A stretch of DNA of 64,000 bases from Limisphaerales bacterium (GTDB lineage Bacteria; Verrucomicrobiota; Verrucomicrobiia; Limisphaerales; UBA11358): NCBI GenBank assembly GCA_025362675.1, contig JANYFN010000106.1, positions 9,352 to 73,351 on the forward strand, given 5' to 3'. The notes beneath the pieces were generated by a model, which saw nothing but the letters and a program-made list of their open reading frames with translations, was not told the DNA's origin and ran no database searches. Made by a program: the position numbers and the translations under genes. This document shows, in pieces, positions 45,234 to 55,279 of this stretch (positions are counted from its first letter, which is position 1; each line of letters opens with the position of its first letter).

Positions 45234-46172
45234 ATGAGCTGGACCAAAAAACATCTCCTCGATATTGAATCGCTTACGGCGGAAGAAATCATCACCGTGC
45301 TCGACACCGCGCGTGGCTTCAAGGCCGTCGGCGAGCGCGCCATCAAAAAAGTTCCCGCGCTCCGCGGCAAGACAGTCGTGAATTTATTTGTCGAGCCATC
45401 CACGCGCACCCGCATCAGCTTTGAACTCGCGGCGCAACGGCTATCCGCCGACATCGTCAACTTTTCCGCCGACGCCTCTTCGTTCAAGAAAGGCGAGACG
45501 CTCAAGGACACCGCAAGAAATTTGGAAGCGCTCAACGCGGACTTCATCATCATCCGCCACAGCGCGAGCGGCGCACCGCATTTTCTCTCCCGCGTCGTGA
45601 ACGCCCACGTCATCAATGCCGGCGACGGCGCGCACGCGCATCCCACACAAGCGTTGCTCGACATGTTCACCATCCGTGAGAAAAAAGGTAAAATCGCCGG
45701 CCTCAACGTCACGATTCTCGGCGACATTCTTTACAGCCGCGTCGCGCGATCAGACATCTGGGCACTCACGAAACTCGGCGCGAATGTCACCCTGTGCGGC
45801 CCTTCGACGCTCGTCCCCAAGACGTTTGAACGCATGGGTTGCCGCGTGACGCACGATGTGGACGAAGCCATTCGCGATGCGGATATCATCAACCTTCTCC
45901 GCATCCAGCACGAACGTCAGCGCGCCACGATGTTTCCCAGCATCGGCGAATACACTCAGCTTTTTGGCCTCAACCAAGCGCGACTCGCCAAGACGAAACC
46001 CGACGCGCTCATCATGCACCCCGGCCCGATCAATCGCGGCGTGGAGATTGATAGCGAGATCGCCGACAGCGGACGCTCGGTGATTTTGGAACAAGTGACC
46101 AACGGCCTCGCCGTCCGCATGGCGGTTTTATTTTTAGTAAATGGCGGAAAGACAATTACCGAAACGGCGTGA
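45234..46172 (+). CDS. pyrB: aspartate carbamoyltransferase catalytic subunit
   Basis: Matching motifs are [13 protein letters not shown]...RHSASGAP...HPTQALLD...[11 protein letters not shown]. Confidence 0.9.
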   Translation: MSWTKKHLLDIESLTAEEIITVLDTARGFKAVGERAIKKVPALRGKTVVNLFVEPSTRTRISFELAAQRLSADIVNFSADASSFKKGETLKDTARNLEALNADFIIIRHSASGAPHFLSRVVNAHVINAGDGAHAHPTQALLDMFTIREKKGKIAGLNVTILGDILYSRVARSDIWALTKLGANVTLCGPSTLVPKTFERMGCRVTHDVDEAIRDADIINLLRIQHERQRATMFPSIGEYTQLFGLNQARLAKTKPDALIMHPGPINRGVEIDSEIADSGRSVILEQVTNGLAVRMAVLFLVNGGKTITETA

Positions 46173-46275
46173 GCTGAGGTCAAGCGAGGCGAATACTCGG
46201 GAGCGGGAAAAAAGTTTAAAAACAGCGGAGCAGACCATCACACGGATGCAGCCTAATTCTCGCGAGGAATTTAAC

Positions 46276-46306
46276 AAAAAAAAACGCGCCGGAAAATTCC
46301 GGCGCG
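46276..46306 (-). terminator. intrinsic terminator of the glutaredoxin-like gene (hairpin shared with the pyrB 3' end)
   Basis: The minus strand reads cgcgccggaa-uuuu-ccggcgcg followed by U9. On the plus strand the same hairpin follows pyrB but lacks a U tract. Confidence 0.7.
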
Positions 46307-46328
46307 TTGGGATTAAGATCAGTTTGTT

Positions 46329-46673
46329 TTACCGGCGAACGGCGAAATTCAGCGGTTGTGCTCCGGGCATTTCATGCGCGCAGGGCTGATTGATCGGCGC
46401 ATCGGGAGTTAGATCATTCGGCGTCACCACTTGGTTCGCGAGCATCCACGCCTCGACTTCTTCACCGCTGATATCGGGCAACATTTGGCCATTGATCTCG
46501 ACGCACGGGCTCATCATTTGGCCGCTTTTCTCGATCATTTCCTGGCGTTGCAAAGGATTGTTGATGATGTCGCGGTCTTCAAACGGCAGGTCGTATTTAC
46601 GCATCACGGCACGGACACCGTTGCTCCAGCCGCAGGATGGTTTCAAGTAGGCAATAATTTTTGGCTTGCTCAT
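46329..46673 (-). CDS. glutaredoxin-family thioredoxin-fold protein
   Basis: KIIAYLKPSCGWSNGVRAVMRKYDLPFEDRDI...SPCVEING has Grx-like beta-alpha-beta topology with a single active-site Cys context. Confidence 0.65.
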   Translation of the reverse strand: MSKPKIIAYLKPSCGWSNGVRAVMRKYDLPFEDRDIINNPLQRQEMIEKSGQMMSPCVEINGQMLPDISGEEVEAWMLANQVVTPNDLTPDAPINQPCAHEMPGAQPLNFAVRR

Positions 46674-46750
46674 AATTTAGTGACCACAGAGTGCCACATC
46701 CGGCCTCGCCGAGCAAATTTTGTTTAACACCGAACCTTTTTTGCCAGGCT

Positions 46751-47350
46751 TCAGGGAGGCGGCTGGGCGGCTAATTGCCACTCCCGAATAGCGTCGAAAG
46801 GATGCACCAGAATGATAATATTCAATGTTAGATTGTCGCGGATCACCATGGCGCAACCCACTTCCATCACGACAACCGTCGCCACCGCCAACCACGGACG
46901 CATCCGCCACGCGAATAAAAACCCAAGCATCATCATCAAAATATCGCTCAAAGAATTCAGCACGCTATCGCCTTCGTAACCAAGCGAAACCGTCACCGCG
47001 CGATAGCGGTTGATGATGAGCGGAGAATTTTCCAGCAATTCCCACGCGGCTTCCAGTAACACGGCGATCAATAACCTTGGACGCACCGGAATTTTCCGCG
47101 CCCCCAACCACAGGAATGCGTAAAACAAAATACCGTGAACGAAATGGGAGAACGAATACGGGTCGGCGAAGCGTTGTGAATTCTCACTACTCCAAATGCT
47201 GCCCTCCCATAAACCAAACTTTCCATCCGGTCCCAACAACGAACGTCCCATCCACCATTCGATACCGGCAGTCGTTAAAAAAATGAAAAACAACGACACC
47301 AACAGCCGTGCATGGCGCTTGAAAAAAGCCACTGGAAAATTTTGTTTCAC
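46751..47350 (-). CDS. DUF2585/UPF0314-like membrane protein
   Basis: MGRSLLGPDGKFGLWEGSIWSSENSQRFADPYSFSHFVHGILFY resembles the UPF0314 core. I chose the GTG start at 47350 because the 230-aa track ORF would overlap recN by 92 nt. Confidence 0.55.
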   Translation of the reverse strand: MKQNFPVAFFKRHARLLVSLFFIFLTTAGIEWWMGRSLLGPDGKFGLWEGSIWSSENSQRFADPYSFSHFVHGILFYAFLWLGARKIPVRPRLLIAVLLEAAWELLENSPLIINRYRAVTVSLGYEGDSVLNSLSDILMMMLGFLFAWRMRPWLAVATVVVMEVGCAMVIRDNLTLNIIILVHPFDAIREWQLAAQPPP

Positions 47351-47351
47351 T

Positions 47352-49070
47352 TCATTTGAGAAGCGCTTCGGCGTGTTTGCGCGCGGCCTCACTCTGGCCG
47401 CCGAGCATCCGGGCGAGCTCGGTGACGCGTTCCTTTTTTTCAAGCAAATGAATTTCGGAAATCGTCCGGCCCGCTGTCACCTGCTTGGTCACGACGTAAT
47501 GTGCATCGGCAGGTGCAGCGACCTGCGGCAAATGGGTGATGCACAAGACCTGTCGTTTTACAGCGATCTGTTTCATCTTTTGCCCAACCGTATTGGCCGT
47601 CTCGCCGCCAACATTCGCATCCACTTCATCGAAAACCAGAACCGGAATTTCGTCTTCGGCGGCGAGCACAGTTTTCAAGGCCAACATCACCCGTGCCATT
47701 TCCCCCGAAGAAGCGATCGCCCGCAACGGCTTGGCCGGCTCGCCAGGATTGGGAGCGAATTGAAATTCAATCTCATCAAATCCGCTATTCTTGATTGTAG
47801 GCGAAGACGTGAGGAGTCGCTGATGCTGGTTTGATTTGAGACTCGTTACCTCGGCTCCGACAAAATCCGTTTTCAGAGCCACGTCAAACTGGCTTTGCTT
47901 GAAACCCAGATCGTCAAGCTGCTGGGTCACCGCTTTGGCGAGTTGGGGAATGATTTTCTTACGCGCGGCAGAAAGTTTTTTACCCACGCTCAACAGCTCA
48001 GAACCAACTTTTTCAAGGGCGGAATTGATACGCGCCAACTCAGCGTCGCGCGATTCGAGCGCCTGCAATTTTGTTTTTGCCTCGTCTCCGAACGCGATGA
48101 TTTCCGGCAAAGTCGTTCCGTATTTGCGTTTGAGCGTTTGGAGCAAATTCAAGCGCTCCTCCAATTCCGCAAGGCGCGCAGGGTCAACCTCCACTTTGTC
48201 GGCGTAGTGCGAAACAGCACTTTGCAATTCGCGCAACGTTTCGCTGGCTTGCGCGTGCAGCTCAACGAGATTGGCCGCGCCGGGATCCACGCGCTGCAAT
48301 TCCGCGAGCACACGCCCGACCGCACCGGATTGCGTGAGCAACGAACTGTCGCTTTCACTCAAAACGTCGAGCGCGGCCTGACTTAATTGCAGCAACTTTG
48401 CAGCGTTGCTGGCACGATGAAATTCCGCCTCCACAACTTCGTCCTCGCCGGGCTGCAATCGCGCCGTGGAAATTTCCTGAACTTGGAAGCGCAACAAATC
48501 GAATTGCTGCGCGTAAGTTTTTTCATCCACGATGAGCGCAGATTTTTGAATTTCCAAAACACTGCGACGGCGGACAAGCTCAGTAAATTCGGCGCGCAAT
48601 TTCTCCAGTCCACCAAATGCATCGAGAATCGCCAACTGTTTCCCAGCGTGCAACAGCGACTGATGATCGTGCGGCCCGTGCATGTCCACCAGCCATTCGC
48701 CGATGCTGCCGAGGGTAGCCAGCGTGGTGGCCGAGCCGTTGACGAATTGGCGGTTGGTTCCTGCGGCGGTGAAAGTGCGCTTGAGCACGAGTTGATTTTC
48801 CTCGCACGGTTCCAGGCCGTTTTCATCGAGAAAACTTTTAAGCGGCGCGTGAAGTTTTTTTACATCGAATACGGCTTCGACCGAACAGCTTTCTTCACCG
48901 CTGCGGATGAGTGAGCGATCGGCGCGTTCGCCCAACACCAGATTAAGCGCACCGAGAATGATGGATTTGCCCGCGCCGGTCTCGCCGGTGATGACATTGC
49001 AACCCGGCTGGAGTTCCAGTGTCAGGTCGCTCACGAGGGCGAGATTTTTGATGCGCAGAGTGGTCAACAT
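47352..49070 (-). CDS. recN: DNA repair protein RecN
   Basis: The sequence from the ATG at 49070 is MLTTLRIKNLALVSDLTLELQPGCNVITGETGAGKSIILGAL. It has a long coiled coil and a C-terminal ASSGEMARVMLALK...LVFDEVDANVGG. Confidence 0.9.
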   Translation of the reverse strand: MLTTLRIKNLALVSDLTLELQPGCNVITGETGAGKSIILGALNLVLGERADRSLIRSGEESCSVEAVFDVKKLHAPLKSFLDENGLEPCEENQLVLKRTFTAAGTNRQFVNGSATTLATLGSIGEWLVDMHGPHDHQSLLHAGKQLAILDAFGGLEKLRAEFTELVRRRSVLEIQKSALIVDEKTYAQQFDLLRFQVQEISTARLQPGEDEVVEAEFHRASNAAKLLQLSQAALDVLSESDSSLLTQSGAVGRVLAELQRVDPGAANLVELHAQASETLRELQSAVSHYADKVEVDPARLAELEERLNLLQTLKRKYGTTLPEIIAFGDEAKTKLQALESRDAELARINSALEKVGSELLSVGKKLSAARKKIIPQLAKAVTQQLDDLGFKQSQFDVALKTDFVGAEVTSLKSNQHQRLLTSSPTIKNSGFDEIEFQFAPNPGEPAKPLRAIASSGEMARVMLALKTVLAAEDEIPVLVFDEVDANVGGETANTVGQKMKQIAVKRQVLCITHLPQVAAPADAHYVVTKQVTAGRTISEIHLLEKKERVTELARMLGGQSEAARKHAEALLK

Positions 49071-49182
49071 GGCGAAATTTTTCCACCACAGATAAACACA
49101 GTTGGCCGCAGATGCAAAAAACAAAATGACCGGAAATTGTTTTTATTCGCCGAATATCGCGGTTCTGTTAATTTGCAAACGC

Positions 49183-49971
49183 ATGGCATTTGAGTTTACC
49201 TTTCTTGGCAGCGGCACGTCGCAAGGTGTGCCGCTCATCGGCGTTGATTATCCACCGGAGTTCCTTGCGAATCCAAAAAACTGGCGCACGCGTCCAGCCA
49301 TTTATGTGACTACAGATAAGGTCAAAATCGTCGTGGACACGCCGCCGGAATTCCGCATCCAATGTTTGCGCGAAAACCTCAAGCACCTCGACGCCGTGCT
49401 GGTCACTCATGCCCACGCCGACCATATTCTCGGACTCGATGATTGCCGCCGTTTCTGCGATCTGAACGGCGGCGCGACGCTGCCGATTTTCGCGAGCGAG
49501 GCGACGATGGTCCATCTGCGCCGCGTCTTCATTTACGCTTTTCATCAAGGCCCGTGGCCAAAGGGTTATTTTAAACCGGAAGAACGGATCATCAACGGCG
49601 CGTTTGAAATCGGTGATTTGAAAATCACACCGTTCGATTTGCCGCACGGCAGCATGACGACTACGGGGTTTCTGTTTGAACAAAACGGCGTCAAGCGGCT
49701 GGCGTATTTGACGGATTGCAAAGAAATTCCCGACGCCGTGTTGGCGCAAGTGCGCGGCGTGGAAGTGGTCGTGCTCGATGCGCTGCGTTACAAGCCGCAT
49801 CCGACGCATATGTGCTATGATGATGCGCTGACAGCCGCGCGCAGAATCGGCGCGGGCAAAACATTTTTTACACACCTCACACACGATTACGATCATGATT
49901 TGGCGCAGGCAGAATTGCCCTCGAATGTGTGGTTCGCGTGGGATGGATTGAAAGTTACGAGCGCGGTGTGA
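49183..49971 (+). CDS. MBL-fold metallo-hydrolase
   Basis: Matching motifs are [13 protein letters not shown] and the [10 protein letters not shown] metal-binding motif. The ATG at 49183 is preferred over the upstream start. Confidence 0.75.
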   Translation: MAFEFTFLGSGTSQGVPLIGVDYPPEFLANPKNWRTRPAIYVTTDKVKIVVDTPPEFRIQCLRENLKHLDAVLVTHAHADHILGLDDCRRFCDLNGGATLPIFASEATMVHLRRVFIYAFHQGPWPKGYFKPEERIINGAFEIGDLKITPFDLPHGSMTTTGFLFEQNGVKRLAYLTDCKEIPDAVLAQVRGVEVVVLDALRYKPHPTHMCYDDALTAARRIGAGKTFFTHLTHDYDHDLAQAELPSNVWFAWDGLKVTSAV

Positions 49972-51602
49972 TGCCGGATTTTTTAATGATTTCTATGAAG
50001 CAACTATTGCAGGGGCTATTTATCGGGCTGTTTTTAGCGCCCCTATTTGTCCGCGCCGGTGGCGATGAGGTGGTGCTGATTTATAACTCGCGCGTGCCAG
50101 AATCCAAATTGGTGGCCGAGCATTACGCAGCGATGCGGCAGGTGCCGGCAAAACAAATATTCGGCTTCGCCCTCACACCAAACGAGACGATGACGCGGTC
50201 GGATTTCACTGATCAGTTGCAAAAACCGCTGGCCAAAAAACTCGAAGATTTAGGAATTTGGAAATTCGGCAAGGTCAGCTTTCCGGCGACCACCAACCTG
50301 CCCGCGCACACGGAAAAACGCATCGTGGAATCAAAAATCCGCTACGCTGTGCTTTGCTACGGAATGCCCTTGAAGATCGGACCCGCAGTTATCAACGAAG
50401 ACGGGGCGGATAAAATCAACCCGCCGGAGTTTCGTCATAATGAGGCGGCGGTTGATTCCGAACTGACTTGGCTGCCACAAATTAAACGGGCGATATCGCT
50501 CACCGGGCCGTTGATCAATCAGTTTTATCTATTCACCAACAGTGCGTTGATTTCCTGCACGAACGGTTTGCTGATGGTGGCGCGGCTCGACGGCCCGACC
50601 GCCCAGATCGCGAGCAATCTCGTGGATAAAGCGCTGGCGGCCGAGCGCGATGGACTTTGGGGTCGCGCCTATTTTGACGCCCGCGGACTACAGACCAACG
50701 ACGCGTATTTTCTCGGCGATCAGTGGATGCAACTCTCCGCCCAGATCACGCGACTACAAGGTTTCGATACGGAGATTGATACGAATGCCGAGACCATTCC
50801 GAACTGGCAGCCGATGAGTCAGATCGCCATTTACGCGGGTTGGTATTCCGGGGGCGTGTGCGGGCCATTCACTTTGCCGAAGGTGGAGTTTATGCCCGGC
50901 GCATTCGCTTACCATTTACATTCCTTCAGCGCTGATACACTGCGGAGCGCGGAAAAAAACTGGTGCGGTCCCCTGCTCGCCAAAGGCGCGACCTGCACGA
51001 TGGGGGCGGTTTACGAACCTTATTTGCAATTCACACCAAACATTGCTTTTTTGCTCCAGCAACTCGGTAATGGCTACACTTTCGGCGAAGCCGCGTGGGG
51101 GTCGCAACTGGGCTTATCCTGGATGAATACGGTCATCGGTGATCCGCTGTATCGACCTATGAATAAACCATTGCCGCTGCGGCACACGGAATTGGCGCGC
51201 GAAAAAAATCCGCTCATCGAATGGTCATTCAACCGCTTGGTCAATCTAGATTTGGTGCGCGGCATACGCGCTCCACAACTCGCCGCGTTTCTCGAAGGCG
51301 TGCCGGAAACCACTAACAGCGCGGTGCTGACCGAAAAACTTGCGGAGCTATACAACGCACAGGGCAAACCGAGTTCGGCCATTGATGCGTGGCAACGAGC
51401 ACTGAAATTAAAACCTTCGCCCCAGCAGCGCATCCGCTTGCACCGCATCTTGGCCGACAAATTGATCGCGGCCGGACGCGATGATGACGCGGTGGAAAAC
51501 TGGCGGCAGTTCATTGCTGAATCGCCGGATTACCCGGATATTTTCGCCACGCGAGAACGTCTAAACATTTTGGAACGAAAAATTGCCGCCCAGAAAAAAT
51601 GA
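49971..51602 (+). CDS. secreted hypothetical protein (TIGR03790-like) with C-terminal TPR-like repeats
   Basis: Its start overlaps the upstream stop. It has a signal peptide (LLQGLFIGLFLAPLFVRA), then VVLIYNSRVPESKLVAEHYA, typical of this PVC/Acidobacteria family as I recall it. The C-terminus is TPR-like (AIDAWQRALKLKP). Confidence 0.55.
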   Translation: MPDFLMISMKQLLQGLFIGLFLAPLFVRAGGDEVVLIYNSRVPESKLVAEHYAAMRQVPAKQIFGFALTPNETMTRSDFTDQLQKPLAKKLEDLGIWKFGKVSFPATTNLPAHTEKRIVESKIRYAVLCYGMPLKIGPAVINEDGADKINPPEFRHNEAAVDSELTWLPQIKRAISLTGPLINQFYLFTNSALISCTNGLLMVARLDGPTAQIASNLVDKALAAERDGLWGRAYFDARGLQTNDAYFLGDQWMQLSAQITRLQGFDTEIDTNAETIPNWQPMSQIAIYAGWYSGGVCGPFTLPKVEFMPGAFAYHLHSFSADTLRSAEKNWCGPLLAKGATCTMGAVYEPYLQFTPNIAFLLQQLGNGYTFGEAAWGSQLGLSWMNTVIGDPLYRPMNKPLPLRHTELAREKNPLIEWSFNRLVNLDLVRGIRAPQLAAFLEGVPETTNSAVLTEKLAELYNAQGKPSSAIDAWQRALKLKPSPQQRIRLHRILADKLIAAGRDDDAVENWRQFIAESPDYPDIFATRERLNILERKIAAQKK

Positions 51603-52411
51603 GCGTCCCTGTATTCTTCGACACCCACGCCCATCTGGATTATCCGGATTATGAAAAGGACTTCTCAGAAGTTCTCACTCGGGCGCAAGCGGCCGGCATC
51701 ACGAAAATAATCTCCATCGCGGTCGATCTCGATAGCAGTCGCCGCGCGCTCGCTTTGTCCGAGAAATACGAAATGATTTACGCCGCCGTGGGCTGGCACC
51801 CCGGCAACGCTCACGAAGCTCCGGAAGACATCCGCCCAGCCCTGCGTGAACTAGCGCGTCATCCGAAGGCCGTGGCCATTGGCGAATGTGGCCTCGACTA
51901 TTATCGCCTGCCCAGCGCACAAGGCGGAAGTGCCGACGAGGACATACGTTACAAACAGAAGCAGGCGGAAATTTTCCAGCAACAACTTGAAGTCGCCACC
52001 GAGCTGAATTTGAATTGTGTCATTCATCAGCGCAGTTCGTTCGACGATATTTTCACCCAGATCCAACCGTTCGCAACCAGCACGCGCGGCGTCTTCCATT
52101 GCTTCGGCGAGAGCGTGGAACGATTGCAACAAATTTTAGCGCTCGGCTGGCTCGTGAGCTACACCGGCATTGTCACTTTCAAGAATGGTCAGAACATCCG
52201 CGATGCGGTGGCCGCGACGCCGCTCGGCAAATTCATGCTCGAAACGGATTGTCCCTACCTCGCGCCCGTTCCTTACCGAGGCAAACGCTGCGAACCAGCT
52301 TATGTGAAAGAAGTTTCCGAAACCGTCGCGCACGTGAAACTCTGTTCCCCCGAACAATTGAGCGACGCCACCTGCCGCACCGCCCGCGAATTTTTCCCAA
52401 AGCTCGGCTGA
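51599..52411 (+). CDS. tatD: TatD-family metal-dependent hydrolase
   Basis: Matching motifs are FFDTHAHLDYPDY...IGECGLDYYR...IHQRSSFDD...ETDCPYLAPVPYRGKRCEPAYV. Confidence 0.85.
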   Translation: MSVPVFFDTHAHLDYPDYEKDFSEVLTRAQAAGITKIISIAVDLDSSRRALALSEKYEMIYAAVGWHPGNAHEAPEDIRPALRELARHPKAVAIGECGLDYYRLPSAQGGSADEDIRYKQKQAEIFQQQLEVATELNLNCVIHQRSSFDDIFTQIQPFATSTRGVFHCFGESVERLQQILALGWLVSYTGIVTFKNGQNIRDAVAATPLGKFMLETDCPYLAPVPYRGKRCEPAYVKEVSETVAHVKLCSPEQLSDATCRTAREFFPKLG

Positions 52412-52551
52412 CGCCTCAAAACGAAGCAGACCGGAAAAATTTCAGGACACTGACTGGATCGGCTATCTAGCTCGCAGAGGGCGCTGGGTGACGCCTAGGC
52501 CATTTTTTCTCCATTATTTCAAGCTTCCCTGCCGTTTTTTCAGCCGTAACC

Positions 52552-52584
52552 GGAAATTATTACCGCCATCAGGTAATAATTTCC
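52552..52584. repeat. perfect 13-bp-stem AT-rich hairpin in the tatD-lipoprotein spacer
   Basis: The sequence is ggaaattattacc-gccatca-ggtaataatttcc. Confidence 0.6.
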
Positions 52585-52702
52585 CTCATAAAAGTTCCGC
52601 AAAAGAAATTCACCAGTTGGCATTGCAGTTGCGATAGGAGGTGAAGTGACAACAACAAGTTTCACCGAACAATAAAAAAAACGTAAACATAAAAATAACA
52701 TT

Positions 52703-53098
52703 ATGAAAAAATCCATCATCCTCGCCCTCGCCACCCTGCCGCTGTTTATCACGGCGTGCTCGACACCTAAACCGCCGCAAGCCTTTCACGGCACGGACAG
52801 CAACGCGGTCGTCATCAAATCCGTTGACGGACGCACTAGCGAACTGATCTTGCCCACGCCGACCGGCCCCGAAGCGAACACCAAAGTCATGGGTAAAGTT
52901 TCCGCCATCAGCGGCCCCAAGACCGCTGTGGTCATTCTCGAAAATTACAACGAAGAAAAAGTCGGTGACGTGTTCCGCGACCGCAGCACGCCCTGGTTCA
53001 TCGGCCTGCGCACACTCGGTTACGATCACGTTGTGTTTCTTCAAGGTAACGGCACCGACAGCCCGGAAGGTCTCGCGACCATCGCCCGTTATGACTGA
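52703..53098 (+). CDS. small lipoprotein, unknown function
   Basis: The lipobox is LPLFITAC after the signal peptide MKKSIILALATLP. Confidence 0.6.
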   Translation: MKKSIILALATLPLFITACSTPKPPQAFHGTDSNAVVIKSVDGRTSELILPTPTGPEANTKVMGKVSAISGPKTAVVILENYNEEKVGDVFRDRSTPWFIGLRTLGYDHVVFLQGNGTDSPEGLATIARYD

Positions 53099-53121
53099 GA
53101 CATAATACATTCTTGAACAGG

Positions 53122-53152
53122 TTGCTCCGGCCATGAATCATGGCCGGAGCAA
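53122..53152 (+). promoter_or_regulatory. perfect 31-nt palindrome abutting the start codon of the hydrolase gene
   Basis: ttgctccggccatgaatcatggccggagcaa has 15-nt complementary arms. It ends 1 nt before the ATG at 53153. Confidence 0.5.
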
Positions 53153-53914
53153 ATGTCTGAACAGTTACAAATTAGAATTTACGGCGAGGCACTTAAACCA
53201 ACGTTGATTTATCTCCCCGGTCTGCACGGTGACTGGACCCTGCTCGGCGGATTTCGAAAATGTCTCGGCAACCGCGTCCGCTTTGTGGAGTTCACCTACC
53301 CGCGCTCCATCACGTGGTCGCTCCACGACTATGCGGTTGCGATCGAGAAATCACTCGCGGAAAACGGGATCGCCCAAGGCTGGTTATTAGGAGAATCATT
53401 CGGCTCACAAATCGTTTGGACGCTCGTCCAAAGAAAACAAGTTTCAATCACAGGAATTATTTTGGCTGGAGGATTTGTCAAACACCCATTTCGCTGGACC
53501 GTGCAGCTCGCCGAGCTACTGTTCGGCCGACTGCCTTTCTCGCTGCTCGTGCTGGCGATGTTCGCCTTCATGAAATATGCCCGGTGGCGCTTCCGTCATT
53601 CGCCGGAAACGTTGGCGGGCGTGGACGAATTCATCGCCCGCCGCACTGAAATGGATCGCGCCGCCGCGGTGCATCGCCTACATCTGATCGCGGAAAATGA
53701 TCCACGCCCCATCGTCCGAGACACCAAAACTTCGGTGCATTATTTGAGCGGATTGATTGACCCGATCGTGCCATGGGTGTTCGTGCAACACTGGTTGAAA
53801 TGTCATTGCCCCGCGTTCGGCGAATGCAAAATCATCCCCACCGCCGACCACAACGTGCTCGGCACCGCACCCGAAAAATCAGCCGAACAGATTTTACAGT
53901 GGGTGGAAAACTGA
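53153..53914 (+). CDS. alpha/beta-fold hydrolase
   Basis: The nucleophile elbow is GESFGS. The HG-type oxyanion region is YLPGLHGD and the C-terminal His region is TADHNV. Confidence 0.7.
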   Translation: MSEQLQIRIYGEALKPTLIYLPGLHGDWTLLGGFRKCLGNRVRFVEFTYPRSITWSLHDYAVAIEKSLAENGIAQGWLLGESFGSQIVWTLVQRKQVSITGIILAGGFVKHPFRWTVQLAELLFGRLPFSLLVLAMFAFMKYARWRFRHSPETLAGVDEFIARRTEMDRAAAVHRLHLIAENDPRPIVRDTKTSVHYLSGLIDPIVPWVFVQHWLKCHCPAFGECKIIPTADHNVLGTAPEKSAEQILQWVEN

Positions 53915-53961
53915 AGGCTTTCGCTTGCTGCGACGCGATTCCCTTTTATATTCGTGGCGTT

Positions 53962-54222
53962 ATGACGCGGCAACAAATCCTTGATCTCTATTTTCTCGAC
54001 GCGCGGCACCAGCTCATCGAGATTGCCGCCTTTCTCGACCGCGTCGAGCGCGCCGAGGGCAAAGATGATTTCCGAATAAAATCTTTTCGCGCCGCGCTCG
54101 CCAAGCTGGATGGGAAAAAGAAAAACCGAGCGAAGAATGTTTTGCTCACGCTTAGTGATTTGACAACCGCGCCGATTGCCAAAGCCACGGCCAAAGGTGC
54201 AACCGGAGCCTACCCAAAATAA
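53962..54222 (+). CDS. hypothetical 86-aa protein
   Basis: The ATG at 53962 avoids overlap with the hydrolase gene. The product is MTRQQILDLYFLDARHQLIEIAAFLDRVERAEG.... I recognise no family. Confidence 0.4.
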   Translation: MTRQQILDLYFLDARHQLIEIAAFLDRVERAEGKDDFRIKSFRAALAKLDGKKKNRAKNVLLTLSDLTTAPIAKATAKGATGAYPK

Positions 54223-54225
54223 AAG

Positions 54226-54318
54226 AGCCACAGATTTTCACAGATGAAAATCAGATAAGAAATTTCACTGACATAGGTTTTATTTTTATCCGGGTTTCAT
54301 CTGTGAAAATCTGTGGCT
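54226..54318. repeat. 93-bp element with perfect 24-bp terminal inverted repeats (family D/E)
   Basis: agccacagattttcacagatgaaa (54226..54249) is the exact reverse complement of 54295..54318. Confidence 0.85.
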
Positions 54319-54340
54319 AAAAAAGTTTTAATTGTTTGCC

Positions 54341-55147
54341 ATGAAATACATCGAACCCCACGCCCACATGGTCAGCCGCACGACCGACGATTACGAACGC
54401 ATGGCGCTCGCCGGCTGCGAGGCGGTCTGCGAACCGGCGTTCTGGGCGGGCTTCGACCGCAGTTCCGTGAACGGCTTCAACGACTATTTTTCGCAACTTA
54501 CCGAGCACGAACCGAAGCGCGCCGCCAAGTTCGGCCTGAAACATTTCTGCTGGCTCTGCATCAATTCCAAAGAAGCCGAGGATGTGAAGCTTGCCGAGGA
54601 AGTCATCGCGCTCATCCCCAAATTTCTCGGACGCGAAAATGTTTTGGGCATCGGCGAAATCGGCTTGAACAAAAATTCCCGCAACGAACTGCGCGTGCTG
54701 GAAATGCAGGTGGAACTCGCCGCGAAGTTTAATCAACTCATTCTCGTTCACACGCCACATCTCGAAGACAAACTCAAGGGAACCCGATTGATTCTTGATG
54801 TGTTGAAGAACGACAAACGAATTCAGCCAGGCCGTGTCATCATTGATCATGTCGAGGAACACACGGTGGAAATGGTTTTGGATTGTGGGATGTGGGCGGG
54901 CATGACGTTGTATCCCCAAACAAAATGCACCCCGGCGCGGGCGATTGATATTTTGGAAACTTACGGCCGCGAAAACATCTGGATGAACAGCGCGTGCGAC
55001 TGGGGCGTGAGCGATCCGTTGGCCGTGCCGAAGACAGCGCTGGAAATGCGAAAACGCGGTCACGGCGGATCAGCGATTGAGAAAATTATTTTCCAGAATC
55101 CAAAAAAATTTCTGAAGCAGTCGAAAAATTTTAAGCTGGGCAGCTGA
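54341..55147 (+). CDS. TatD-related metal-dependent hydrolase (amidohydrolase fold)
   Basis: [10 protein letters not shown] carries the HxH motif. Also present are [16 protein letters not shown] and IIDHVEE. Confidence 0.65.
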   Translation: MKYIEPHAHMVSRTTDDYERMALAGCEAVCEPAFWAGFDRSSVNGFNDYFSQLTEHEPKRAAKFGLKHFCWLCINSKEAEDVKLAEEVIALIPKFLGRENVLGIGEIGLNKNSRNELRVLEMQVELAAKFNQLILVHTPHLEDKLKGTRLILDVLKNDKRIQPGRVIIDHVEEHTVEMVLDCGMWAGMTLYPQTKCTPARAIDILETYGRENIWMNSACDWGVSDPLAVPKTALEMRKRGHGGSAIEKIIFQNPKKFLKQSKNFKLGS

Positions 55148-55279
55148 CTTCATTCTCCGGTGACAGGGCGTCGCTCCCGCGATGACCGGCGGTGCGACAA
55201 CAACGCCCGACTTATTTAGCGCGGCAAAAATTCAGCCAACGCTTTTCAAACTGCTCTTTCAGCGGTAAAGTTCGCGCGC

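Noticed and set aside
52412-52702. A possible riboswitch or leader RNA in the 290-bp spacer upstream of the lipoprotein gene.
   Set aside because: Only isolated hairpins are visible, including the 13-bp AT-rich one listed as a feature. Nothing resembles a known riboswitch core that I can recognise.
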